Below are positions 10,908 through 21,559 of a DNA stretch of 32,624 nt, piece after piece. Source of the DNA: Octopus bimaculoides (lineage: Eukaryota); the NCBI RefSeq assembly GCF_001194135.2, contig NC_068994.1, positions 34,891,349-34,923,972 on the forward strand. The letters are read 5' to 3'. The position numbers and the translations under genes were made by a program. Each line of letters begins with the position of its first letter. Position 1 is the stretch's first letter. Below the pieces are notes generated by a model that ran no database searches, had not been told where the DNA came from, and saw nothing but the letters and a program-made list of their open reading frames with translations.

Positions 10908-12181
10908 CCACACGTTCTCAACCTTGGGTACCTGCACCCTTTGGGCAGGTATTTCTGTAAGTGTGAAAAAGAAGGGAAAATATATCATTGTCATCATCAC
11001 TTAACATCTGTTTTCCATTTTCGCATTGGTTGGACGTTTTAGCTGAAAACTGGTAAGCTGTAGAGCTGCACCAAGTTCCAGTATGACCTGGCATGGTTTC
11101 TATGGCTGGATGCCCTTCCTAATGCTAACCAGTCCAAGAATGTAGTGGGTGCCTTTTTCATGCCACCAGCATGGGTGCCAATTATGCAAAACTGGCATCA
11201 GCCATGACTATGATCTCACTTGGCTTGACAGGTCTTCTCGAGTACACTATATCACCAAAGGTCTCAGTCACTTGTCACTGTCTCCATGAGGCTCAACATT
11301 TCAAAGGTGCTTTTTACATGCCACTGGCACAAGTGCTTGTTATCTAACACTGGTATTTGGCCACAACCACGATTTCACTTGGCTTGTTATTTATTGCCCA
11401 TTTTCCATGCTGGCATGGATTGGATGGTTTGACTTAGTGGATTGCATCAAATTCTATTGTTTGCTTTAGCATAATTTCTAAAGCTGGATAACCTTCTGAC
11501 CACTTAACAGAGTTTCATGGGTGCTTTTTACATGGCACCAGCACCAGTGAGGTCACCAAGAAACTTGCAAAACAAGACCCTTCAGCTGAAGGGTGTAGTA
11601 TTTTACTAAAATTGTTTTTCAGAAAAAAATTATTAAGTTACTCTTAAGAATAATCTTATAAGCACAACAAGAACTTTATTCTAGAAATGTAGATTTTTAC
11701 CCCAAACAGATTACAACTAAGAGTTGTATCCTTAATCCATTTGTAATGACATACTTTTGTGAATCTGGATTTGATTATCTTTTGTTAGTCAAGACAAAAT
11801 ATAGAAATTTCCTGAAGCAGAAGCATGGATCACAATCAGCAAAAACGTTTCTTGATTCGATAAAGTCATGATTGAGAAACAGGAACAAAGACATTATTGA
11901 ATTTATGTTCACAATTATGATTGATTTCACTGTTTACAGTTTTGTTTTTTTTCTAATTGCTCACTTTACATTTGCATTTTATTCACTGATTCAAAAGCTG
12001 AATTTTTTTTCCACTTCAGTTTGTTCACCACATTATTGTATATGATTCAGTGAAAGAAAATTCGGTTATTAGAAAATTGATTTTCTCATCTTCATATGTG
12101 ATATTACTTTTATAGGGTGTGCAAAAATTAATCAAACTTTTCCTAGGGTTGTGACACACTGAAAAGGTTGGAAACCCTTAG
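10908..12181 (+). mobile_element. hAT (Charlie/Buster-type) DNA transposon relic interrupted by RTE-type 3' end insertions
   Basis: 11737-11820 translates PFVMTYFCESGFDYLLLVKTKYRNFL, matching the hAT dimerisation motif PFATTYLCESGFS.L..IKTKYRNRL. Degenerate termini: CACGTTCTCAACC at about 10911 and GAAAAGGTTGGAAACCCTTAG at 12161-12181. Outer limits are approximate. Confidence 0.65.
10988..11590 (-). mobile_element. Two tandem family C (RTE-type 3' end) copies nested in the hAT relic
   Basis: GCTGGATGCCCTTCCTAATGCTAACC at about 11105-11130. A second TTTTCCATGCTGGCATGGATTGG starts at about 11401. Confidence 0.7.
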
Positions 12182-12342
12182 TATAACTGATTATACTCAT
12201 TCTTCAAAATTTGTATCTTTCTGCACATACTCAAGACACATAGAGCTTATACCAATAGATATTTGTATGAATCCAACACACACAGATATATACACACACA
12301 CTTTCACAAACACATGCATACACACACACACACACACATATA

Positions 12343-12731
12343 GGCACAGGAGTGGCTGTGTGGTAAATAGCTTGCTTACCAACCACATGGTTCTGGGTTC
12401 AGTCCCACTGCGTGGCTCCTTGGGTAAGTGTCTTCTATTATAGCCTCGGGCCAATCAAAGCCTTGTGAGTGGATTTGGTTGATGGAAACTGAAAGAAGCC
12501 TGTCGTGTATATATATGTGTGTGTGTGTGTATGTGTGTGTGTTTTGTCCCCCACCATCACTTGACAACCAATGCTGGTGTGTTTACGTCCCTGTAACTTA
12601 GTGGTTCGGCCAAATGGACCGATAGAATAAGTACTAGGCTTACAAAGGATAAGTCCTGGGGTCGATTTCTTCGACTATAGGCGGTGCTCCAGCATGGCCA
12701 CAGTCAAATGACTGAAACAAATAAAAGAATA
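12343..12731 (+). mobile_element. Full-length tRNA-derived SINE, family A (CORE-like)
   Basis: A-box-like TGGCTGTGTGG, B-box-like GGGTTCAGTCCC, CORE-like CCTTGGGTAAGTGTCTTCT, internal (GT)n, and a 3' end CAGCATGGCCACAGTCAAATGACTGAAACAAATAAAAGAATA. About a dozen related copies occur in the window. Confidence 0.9.
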
Positions 12732-12764
12732 GTTCCAAGAAAACTTAATGATTGAAACATCAAC

Positions 12765-12933
12765 ATTTAACATCCTCTTTTCCATACTGGCATGGGTTGG
12801 ACAGTTTGACAAGAACGGATGAGCAAGAGGGCTTCATCAGGTTTTATGTCTGTTTTGGCATTCTTTCTATGCCTGGAGGCCCTTCCTAATGCCAACCACT
12901 TTACAGTTTGGACTGGATGCTTTTTACACAGCA
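12765..12933 (-). mobile_element. Family C (RTE-type 3' end)
   Basis: TTCCATACTGGCATGGGTTGGACAGTTTGAC..GCCCTTCCTAATGCCAACCACT. Confidence 0.7.
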
Positions 12934-13074
12934 AGATATATAAATCTACACTGGTTACTCTTGTTTCATTTTGCGCACATCTATACAGATATATATGTGT
13001 ATGTATACACACACACACACACATACATTTATATTGCTACCTTGGAATCCTCTGTTTAGTGGGTTAATCCACTA

Positions 13075-13335
13075 CTCAGAAAGGAACTATTCTAAGAGTG
13101 CGTCCTGCCTTATCTTCGAAATGCCTAGTTTTAGAATAGAGGCAGCTGATGAAGGAATAATTCCAAGTGGCTTGTTAGTTTACCAATGTGTTCGTTCTGT
13201 TGTCTGTAAACAAAGTCCGTTTTGTTTTTATGCTCCCGTTCATTTTTCTAACGTTCTGTACCCGAATATGCATCTATATATACATGTAGATGTACGTATA
13301 CATGCATATGCTTATATATCATTTGTTTATTTATA
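13075..13335 (+). repeat. Dispersed structured repeat, copy 1 (Penelope-like / hammerhead-core-containing)
   Basis: Shares CTTCGAAA.GC.TAGTTTTAGAAT.G.GGCAGCTGATGA.GGAA and CTGTACCC.AATATGCATCTATATATACATGTAGATGTA with 24340-24610. The repeat itself is certain; the family assignment is tentative. Confidence 0.7.
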
Positions 13336-13639
13336 TATATATATATATATATATACACAAACACACACATATCCATGCACACAAATAAATAGTACCATAC
13401 ACAAATATACATGCTAACACAATAATATATACACACATTAACACAGTGAAATCTTGCTTTTACATACACATACTTAAAAGAACACACACAAATAAATGCA
13501 CAAGCACACACATATATCAGAATACAGACACAAACATACACTAATGGAAGTCAGTCAAAAGTATTGGAGGACTATCTTAAATAACTACAGTGATTAAATA
13601 ATCAGAACATTATGGCTGTATAATGATGTTAAGTGACAC

Positions 13640-13790
13640 AGCAGCTCAATGTTGGTGGTGGTGGCCGTGGGAATAATAGCAGTGCTGGTGGAAGTGAAGG
13701 TGGTGCTGGCAGTGATTGTTGTGATGTCAATAGTGGTGGTGATGGTAGTGGTTGTGGTGGTGGGTGTTGATGACTGTGGTGATGATGTTG

Positions 13791-13821
<31 letters not shown>

Positions 13822-14276
13822 GAGCAGTGATGGTGGGGATGGAACTGATCTTACTGTGATAGTGTACTGCTGATGATGATGATGGGGAGAGTGGTAGTAG
13901 TGAAGTAGATGATGGTGGAGACAGGGGTGGGAGGTGACGTTACTGGCAGTGGTGGTGATACTAGTGATGGTAGTGGTGGCAGTGGTACTATTAGTGACGG
14001 TGATACTGATAATGGCAGTGGTATAGTAGTAGTGTGGCGGTAGTAGTGGTGGTGGCAGCAATAGTCATGTGGTGACAGTGGTGTTCATGATGGTGGCAGT
14101 GTGTGTTTGGTTGACGGTGGTATTGATGGTGGGGTGCTGATGGTGAACATGTGAGTGGTATCAATGCTGGTGATTGGGGAGTATAGAAGTGGTGGTGGTG
14201 AAGAGTGAAGGCGCTAAGGGTGGAGTTGATAGAGGTAGTACCGGTGGTGGTGGTGGTGGTGGCGGTGGTGGTGGCG
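13640..14276. repeat. Degenerate (GTG/GAT/GTA)n low-complexity tract
   Basis: Cryptic triplet simplicity; source of the poly-Val/Thr/His pseudo-ORFs. Confidence 0.9.
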
Positions 14277-14943
14277 NNNNNNNNNNNNNNNNNNNNNNNN
14301 NNNNNNNNNNNNNNNNNNNNNNNNNNNNNNNNNNNNNNNNNNNNNNNNNNNNNNNNNNNNNNNNNNNNNNNNNNNNNNNNNNNNNNNNNNNNNNNNNNNN
14401 NNNNNNNNNNNNNNNNNNNNNNNNNNNNNNNNNNNNNNNNNNNNNNNNNNNNNNNNNNNNNNNNNNNNNNNNNNNNNNNNNNNNNNNNNNNNNNNNNNNN
14501 NNNNNNNNNNNNNNNNNNNNNNNNNNNNNNNNNNNNNNNNNNNNNNNNNNNNNNNNNNNNNNNNNNNNNNNNNNNNNNNNNNNNNNNNNNNNNNNNNNNN
14601 NNNNNNNNNNNNNNNNNNNNNNNNNNNNNNNNNNNNNNNNNNNNNNNNNNNNNNNNNNNNNNNNNNNNNNNNNNNNNNNNNNNNNNNNNNNNNNNNNNNN
14701 NNNNNNNNNNNNNNNNNNNNNNNNNNNNNNNNNNNNNNNNNNNNNNNNNNNNNNNNNNNNNNNNNNNNNNNNNNNNNNNNNNNNNNNNNNNNNNNNNNNN
14801 NNNNNNNNNNNNNNNNNNNNNNNNNNNNNNNNNNNNNNNNNNNNNNNNNNNNNNNNNNNNNNNNNNNNNNNNNNNNNNNNNNNNNNNNNNNNNNNNNNNN
14901 NNNNNNNNNNNNNNNNNNNNNNNNNNNNNNNNNNNNNNNNNNN

Positions 14944-14986
<43 letters not shown>

Positions 14987-15146
14987 TTTATAAATATATG
15001 ATACATATATATATATATATATCATGTGTATTACACACACAGACAGACACACACACACACACACACACATACACTCATAAGAATGTATGTTTACCCAATA
15101 TATGTTTGATAGATATTATATACATATATGTATTATATATATACAA

Positions 15147-15190
<44 letters not shown>

Positions 15191-15194
15191 GTAT

Positions 15195-15232
<38 letters not shown>

Positions 15233-15246
15233 TGTGTGTGTGTGTG
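14944..15246. repeat. Compound (TA)n/(CA)n/(TG)n microsatellites
   Basis: Directly visible. Similar TA, GATA, TATG, CA and AAT arrays occur throughout (e.g. 14-46, 5235-5279, 19040-19180, 26322-26348, 27675-27766, 30366-30402, 32290-32362). Confidence 0.95.
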
Positions 15247-15339
15247 AGCACACTGTTTCTTTTTCTTTTCTTTTCCTAGCTATGTTATCTATCTACCATC
15301 TATGTATTCATTTATCTCTGGAGCTCACTGTTCTGTCTC

Positions 15340-16005
15340 TGTTTCTCTGTCTGTCTGTCTCTCTCTCTCTGTCTCTCTCTCTCTCTCTATCTGCCTGTCT
15401 CTAAGTCTATCAATTTTATCTCTTCTATTATTTGTCATCAGAAATAATATTGGTGTCATTGAACAGAAAAAGAGGTTACACTGATTCTCTATCCCCACCT
15501 CCTACCACTTGCTATGTGTGAGTATGTCTCTCTCTCTCTCTCTTTCTCTCTTTCTCCTAATCATTTATATGTATTTCTCTCTATCAGCCCCCCACCAGCC
15601 TTCTTTATGTTCCTTATTCTATCTCTCTCTCTCTCTCTCTCTCTGTTTTCACTTTCCTCCTTTGCATTCTGTTGATCTGAGCTTATTCCACTCTTTCTCT
15701 TCCTAATTCTTGTCCTCCGCTCTCCCCACCCTCTCTCTCTCCCTCTCTGCTTTAAGTATTTGTCCCATTCTCTCCTTCTCTTTCACATTTGCCTTAGATT
15801 TTTCGGAGCTTAATTCACTCCTCCACTTCTTCTTTCTCCTCTTTCTCCCATCTCTCTCTCCTTCTCTTCCTCCTCCTCCTCTCTCCCCTCATCTCCTCTC
15901 CCTCCTTCCTCATGTCCCTCCTCATCCCTTCTCCTTTCTTCTCTCCTCACCCTCCTCTCTCTCCTCCTCTCTTCTCTCCTCTCCTTCCTCTCTCTCACCT
16001 CTCCT
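15340..16005. repeat. (CT)n / polypyrimidine tract
   Basis: CT-rich run, almost purely C/T from about 15830 up to the gap. Confidence 0.9.
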
Positions 16006-17084
16006 NNNNNNNNNNNNNNNNNNNNNNNNNNNNNNNNNNNNNNNNNNNNNNNNNNNNNNNNNNNNNNNNNNNNNNNNNNNNNNNNNNNNNNNNNNNNNNN
16101 NNNNNNNNNNNNNNNNNNNNNNNNNNNNNNNNNNNNNNNNNNNNNNNNNNNNNNNNNNNNNNNNNNNNNNNNNNNNNNNNNNNNNNNNNNNNNNNNNNNN
16201 NNNNNNNNNNNNNNNNNNNNNNNNNNNNNNNNNNNNNNNNNNNNNNNNNNNNNNNNNNNNNNNNNNNNNNNNNNNNNNNNNNNNNNNNNNNNNNNNNNNN
16301 NNNNNNNNNNNNNNNNNNNNNNNNNNNNNNNNNNNNNNNNNNNNNNNNNNNNNNNNNNNNNNNNNNNNNNNNNNNNNNNNNNNNNNNNNNNNNNNNNNNN
16401 NNNNNNNNNNNNNNNNNNNNNNNNNNNNNNNNNNNNNNNNNNNNNNNNNNNNNNNNNNNNNNNNNNNNNNNNNNNNNNNNNNNNNNNNNNNNNNNNNNNN
16501 NNNNNNNNNNNNNNNNNNNNNACAACAAAAACAACAACCAAAAAACACAACAAAACCTAAACCTAACCAACATTGTTTTATTGCCATTGAAATGTGAATC
16601 ATTCCATTTTGATGTGATCATTTGGAATCCAGCATTTTTCCTGCTTCATTGCATTTCGTTTGTGTATGATATGATTGCTGGACAGAGCTGTGTCGTAGTG
16701 ACGTTCAGTAGTTGCCCCATCTGGCATTAAAGTATTAAAACTCCGCCCGCCCATATAATTGGGTAGCAGGTGTGTGTGTGTGTAGGGGGGGCAAGCAAAG
16801 GGTAGTGGATAGTGTCATGGTGTTTTAATAAAGGTAGTGCTGTTGTTGTTGTTTGTTGTTGGTGGTGGTGGTGCTGGTGGTGGTGGTGGTGCTGGTAGTG
16901 GGGGGTGGAAGCTGAAACGAAAGTCTGTAAACCATCATAATTTCGTTCGTCTTTATTCACCCGTTCATTCCTTGTGAGTGAGTAAATCAACTCCCTCAGT
17001 GATTGTGACAGAGCAGGGCTAATAAAGGAGTAAGATTTGTCCCCTTGACAGTTTATAGTACCTAATTTGAAGGCAATGAAGATG

Positions 17085-17530
17085 ACAACAATGACAAAGA
17101 TGATGATGATGATGATGACGATGATGATGATGACGATGATGATGATGATGGTGATGGTGTTAGTGGTGATGGTGAAGGTGATAGTGAGGGTGATGGTGTT
17201 AGTGATGATGATCATGATCATGATGATAGTGAGTAGGATAATGGTGATAATGATGTTCATGATGATGATGGTGTTGGTGATGGTGATGATGATAATGATA
17301 ATGCTGATGGTGATAGTGAGGATGATTGGTATTGGTGATCGTGATCATCATGTTCATGATGATGATGGCGACAATTATAAAGAAGGTGAAGAGAGGATAA
17401 GGATGTTGATGACAATAATGAAAATGATATGATGTTGATGAGTGATGATAATGATGATGGTGATGCTGATGCGGACAACAATGATGATGGTGATGACAAT
17501 GATGATGACGATGATTATGATGATGTTATC
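17085..17530. repeat. Degenerate (GAT)n tract
   Basis: GAT/GGT/AAT triplets; source of the poly-Met/Ile/Asp pseudo-ORFs. Confidence 0.9.
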
Positions 17531-17779
17531 TATTCCCAGCTGAGCCCTGATCAAAAGCATTTCAACTTTGATCACCATCTTGTTTTTTTTTTTTTTAAGA
17601 ATATATCAAACAGCATTATATATGTATGTGTGAGTGATACACATAATGTAAAACAGTAGGGTGTGATCTGGGGAAAATTCACCCAGCTGCTATTTCTAGC
17701 AAGTCGGACAACCACATAGGAACACTATGATAATGAAACCCACTCCCTACAATATTGTACCCTGTGTAGGTACTGGGAT

Positions 17780-17955
17780 GGTTCCTTGGTTGGGAATCTC
17801 ATTTTACAACCACATAGTTATGGGTTCAGTCCCACAGCATGGCAATTTTGAGCAAATGTGTTTTACTATAGGTCTCCGTTGACCCAATGCCTTGTGATAA
17901 AATTTGACTGATGGAAACTATGCTGAAGCCTGTCATATGTGTGTGTGTGTGTCAT
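17780..17955 (+). mobile_element. SINE family A, 5' part
   Basis: CAACCACATAG..GGGTTCAGTCCCACAGCATGGCA..GATGGAAACT..GAAGCCTGTC. Confidence 0.7.
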
Positions 17956-18283
17956 CACCATGACAATAATTATCATTATTGTCAGTGCCTTCATCATTTC
18001 TAATATCATTATCATCATCATCAACACTACCACCCCCAGAACCATCATTGCTATCAAGTTAGGTAATATAATTATCAAGAGGGTAAATCCTTCTCCTTTA
18101 TTACCTCTGCTCTTTTACCTGCTGCACAAGAACTACTGCTGTAGCATTACGAAACTTTTGTTTCATCATGTATTGACAAATGAGAAGATGATCTAGAACT
18201 GATTTCTAGATTTTTACCAAAGATAATTTGAAACATTTTGTTCCGTAAATCAACAAGGGAGCCTCTAACATTATTGTAATGGT

Positions 18284-18780
18284 ACAAGGCAGTGAGCTGG
18301 CAGAGTCGTTAGCACACGTGGTGAAATGCTTAGTGTTATTTCGTCTGTCCTCATGTTCTGAGTTCAAATGCCGCTGGGATAAACTTAGCCTTTCATCCTT
18401 TTGGGGTCAGTAAATTAAGTACCAGTTCTGCTTCCCAACCACATGGATCTGGGTTCAGTTCCACTATGTGGCACTTTGGGCAAGTGTCTTCTACTATAGC
18501 TTTGGACATACCAAAACTTTGTGAGTGACTTTGGTAGATGGAAACTGTATGTATGTATATGTTTGTGTCTGTGTTTGTCCCCCACTACCTCTTGACAACC
18601 GGTGTTGGTGTGTTTATGTCCCTGTAACTTAATAATTCAGCAAAAAAAGAACTATACAATAAGTACTAGGCTATAAAATAAACAAGTCCTGGGGTCGATT
18701 TGCTCAATTAAAACCCTTCAGGGCAGTGTCCCAGCATGGCCACAGTCAAATGACTGAAACAAGTAAAAGATAAAAGGTAA
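18284..18780 (+). mobile_element. Composite SINE: family B 5' half fused to a headless family A body
   Basis: 18284-18427 is family B (GGCAGTGAGCTGGCAGA..CTGAGTTCAAAT..GCCTTTCATCCTTTTGGGGTC..AAGTACCAGTT). It continues directly into family A (CTTCCCAACCACATGG..CAAGTAAAAGATAAAAG). Confidence 0.8.
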
Positions 18781-19045
18781 TAGATGGTTCTGGCTGGAAA
18801 GTCCTAGAGCATAGCTACAGAGCTATGCATCATCAGAATTGACCTGGGGTTAAACAACAACAACAACGGTCTATCTATTTGCTGTGATAAACTGTGAACT
18901 TTAACTTCCTTGCCACATGGTACCTACTTCCTGCTACTAAGACTGAGCTATTGATAGTTAATATCTTTGCAGGTGAGTTGACTGAAATATGTCAGTACAG
19001 TATTAGGCGGATGTGGATTCCTGGTGATTCTGAATAGAAAGAAAA

Positions 19046-19080
<35 letters not shown>

Positions 19081-19143
19081 TACACACACATGCATGCATA
19101 TACATACATACATACAAACATATATATAAATATATATATATAT

Positions 19144-19176
<33 letters not shown>

Positions 19177-19414
19177 CTTAAAATATGTATACATACACAC
19201 ATAAACGTATATATATAGACACACACAAACATACATATACATATGTATATATAGTTGTATGTGTGCATGTGTGTGTGCCTGCTGTATGTGTAGATGTGTT
19301 ATATACACATTTTATCATCATAACAAATAGAAAATGGTGTTTGTATAAACGTTATTATATACACAATAATATCATGAACAAAGGAGAAGAGAACCTGATA
19401 CCTTTGATAGGGTA

Positions 19415-19914
19415 AATACTGAATATACAGTATGGAGTGTTTTTGCACCTATCCTGACCTATGGTCATGAATGTTAGATAAGAAACAAAAGAGTATGATC
19501 AAGAACACTAGTGGCTGAAATAGGGTTCCTCTGAAGAATCTCTGGAGCAATGCCACTTGACAGAGTGCATAGCTTGGAGATCAGAAAGTCTCTCCTGGCT
19601 CAGTTTCTACTGCTCTGCATTGAGAGGTCACAGCTCCAGTTATACAGATACGTGATGAGAATATCACAGGAAAAAATTTTAAGATGGATTGTTCAAGCCA
19701 GGCCATGCAACAAGAAACTTAGGGGTAGACCAAGAACAAGGCGGTTGGATAATAGTCACGGTTTCAGTGGATTACACCTGAAAATCCAGCCAGAAAGTCT
19801 ACTAATGGTTGATTCAAAGAGGACCCTATGAAGAAGGTGCTTGAGGACTCTACTCATACAACTCTCCCAGGAATAGTAGGCAGAGAAGATAGATTTGTGG
19901 ATGGATGGATGGAT
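19415..19914 (+). mobile_element. Decayed RTE-clade LINE 3' end, Rex3/Expander-like
   Basis: Translates PILTYGHEC*IRNKRV*SRTLVAEIGFL*RISGAMPLDRVHSLEIRKSL..LLLCIERSQLQ..MR..RGRPRTRRLD, the RTE C-terminal LTYGHE / AEM.FLRR / IERSQLRW / RGRPRTRW pattern. Ends in a (GGAT)n tail at 19899-19914. Confidence 0.85.
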
Positions 19915-20145
19915 AATGTTATAGTTTCAATTTAAAGTAGTTCCTTACTAACTTTATGATGACCCCTGTCGTTAAACAATCCCCAGATAGGGCTAGCTAG
20001 CGAAACTGATATATCTTCTGATTGGTGTTTATCAATATCTTTCAATATTTTGTTGATTTCTGGTTTGATTTGCACAAAAGTCTGTGGACCATTGTCTTGT
20101 ATACAAGACAACCAGAAATTAACAATAGCTCATAGAAAATATATG

Positions 20146-20310
20146 GAGGCATGGCTGTCTAGTTAAGAAGCTTGCTTCCCAACCATGTGCTCTGGGGTTC
20201 AGTCCCATGACACAGCACCTCGAGCAAGTATCTGCTTTTATAGCCCTTAGCCAACCAAAGTTTTGTGAAACAAAAAGAAGCCTATTGAGAGTGTATGCAT
20301 GTGTGTGGGT
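20146..20310 (+). mobile_element. SINE family A, 5' part
   Basis: GGAGGCATGGCTGTCTAGTTAAGAAGCTTGCTTCCCAACC..GGGGTTCAGTCCC. Confidence 0.75.
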
Positions 20311-20369
20311 GTGTGTACTATTGGCTAGACATCATGTGATAGTCGTAAATGATCATCATTGTCATACAA

Positions 20370-20655
20370 GGGAAGGTGAGCACCACAGAAATGGTAAATG
20401 GCTTACAACTCAAGAAAAATAAATCACTTAAAATTTGCTATACTAATATTCAAATTGGTTTATATGATTGGAAATGTTCATGGTGTCACAGTGAGGATCT
20501 GGTCAAAAACTTTTCAATTGTAAAAACGTCGGAGAAAATATTTCAAAATAAAGTGAAGTATACAAAAATAATCATTATTTTCCATCTTCCTGTTAGTTTT
20601 ATTTCATTTTGAAAAAAAAAAAATTATTTTATGGTTTATTATTGTTTATATTTTG

Positions 20656-20710
<55 letters not shown>

Positions 20711-20766
20711 GGGTCACCAAAATCCTTTAAATGCTTAGGACCACTATGGGTCTTAATTTGGCTCTG
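20370..20766 (+). mobile_element. Non-autonomous hAT right-end relic, copy 1
   Basis: Degenerate coding remnant (EMVNGLQL..CHSEDLVKNFSIVK) resembles the hAT C-terminal RLNGLA..D.LI..FA.KK. The terminus reads CAGAGCCAAATTAAGACCCATAGTGGTCCTAAGC on the minus strand, similar to CAGGGCCGGATT-type hAT ends. Confidence 0.5.
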
Positions 20767-21136
20767 ACATTATGTAATGTACTCCTAGATACAGTATGCC
20801 TAAATGGTTTACGGTGCAAAAGAAATCACTTTAATCTTGCAGAAATAATATTTGAAGTGGTTTATATCATCGGAGATATAATTTCAAAGTGTTCAGGTGT
20901 CATAGGGAGGATTTGATCAAAGACTTTGCAATTAAAAGAAAAGGAGAAAACTTTCCAAATATAAATAAAGTGGAAGTATACAAAAATAAACATTATTTTC
21001 TATTTTGCCTGTTAAGTTTGATTTATTTTGAAAAAATAAAAATTAATTTCATTGTATATATTTTGAATTACATATACATAAGAGCACAAAAATCATGTAC
21101 GTGCTTAGGGCCACGATGGATCTTATTCCAGCTCTG
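20767..21136 (+). mobile_element. Non-autonomous hAT right-end relic, copy 2 (diverged tandem partner of copy 1)
   Basis: Aligns by eye with about 20460-20766 (GTCATAGGGAGGATTTGATCAAAGACTTTGCAATT vs GTCACAGTGAGGATCTGGTCAAAAACTTTTCAATT). Translates CLNGLR..CHREDLIKDFAIKRK and has the same terminal motif GCTTAGGGCCACGATGGATCTTATTCCAGCTCTG. Confidence 0.5.
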
Positions 21137-21559
21137 GAAACAGGTGATTATTAACAACAAGAAGGGTATTCAGCCATAGAAAATTTTCAAGAAATTCATT
21201 CTGACTGACCCCTTCAAGCATGGAAAAGTGGACATTATATATCACACCTATGTGGAAAAATTTCTATTAACAGAATTGTTGGTTTATTTGTTTGTTTCAT
21301 TAAATTTTTATGCCAACATGATTTAGTGTATCTATCCATAAAAATCCTGCTTTAATATCTACCTGTCCCTGACCCTTACTGGTTTTTCAGGTAAGGGATT
21401 TTTTTTAAACCCCTGAGAAACTGGAAAGCAGAAATGACAGATGATTTTGTTGACCGAAAATGTTAACAAACTTCGCTAATTGCAGCTCAGTCACAAACTA
21501 TGATGCTAATGTCAGCACCTGTACACATAGCTTAGCACAAATAATATGCCTTTTATATT

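Noticed and set aside
13087-13160. HDV-like ribozyme reading of the structured repeat
   Set aside because: The pseudoknot order does not fit: there is no P4/J4-2/P2 3' strand after the GG, and the P1 and L3 lengths are wrong.
13594-14061. Mucin-like Thr/Pro-rich and poly-His/Met/Val ORFs (also 16727-17659, 22834-23184, 27365-27784)
   Set aside because: Translations of degenerate triplet repeats, open in several frames on both strands, with no splice or domain support.
19990-20005. GGCTAGCTAG resembling the 10-23 DNAzyme core
   Set aside because: Only a partial match to an artificial motif; expected by chance from a short GCTAGC palindrome.
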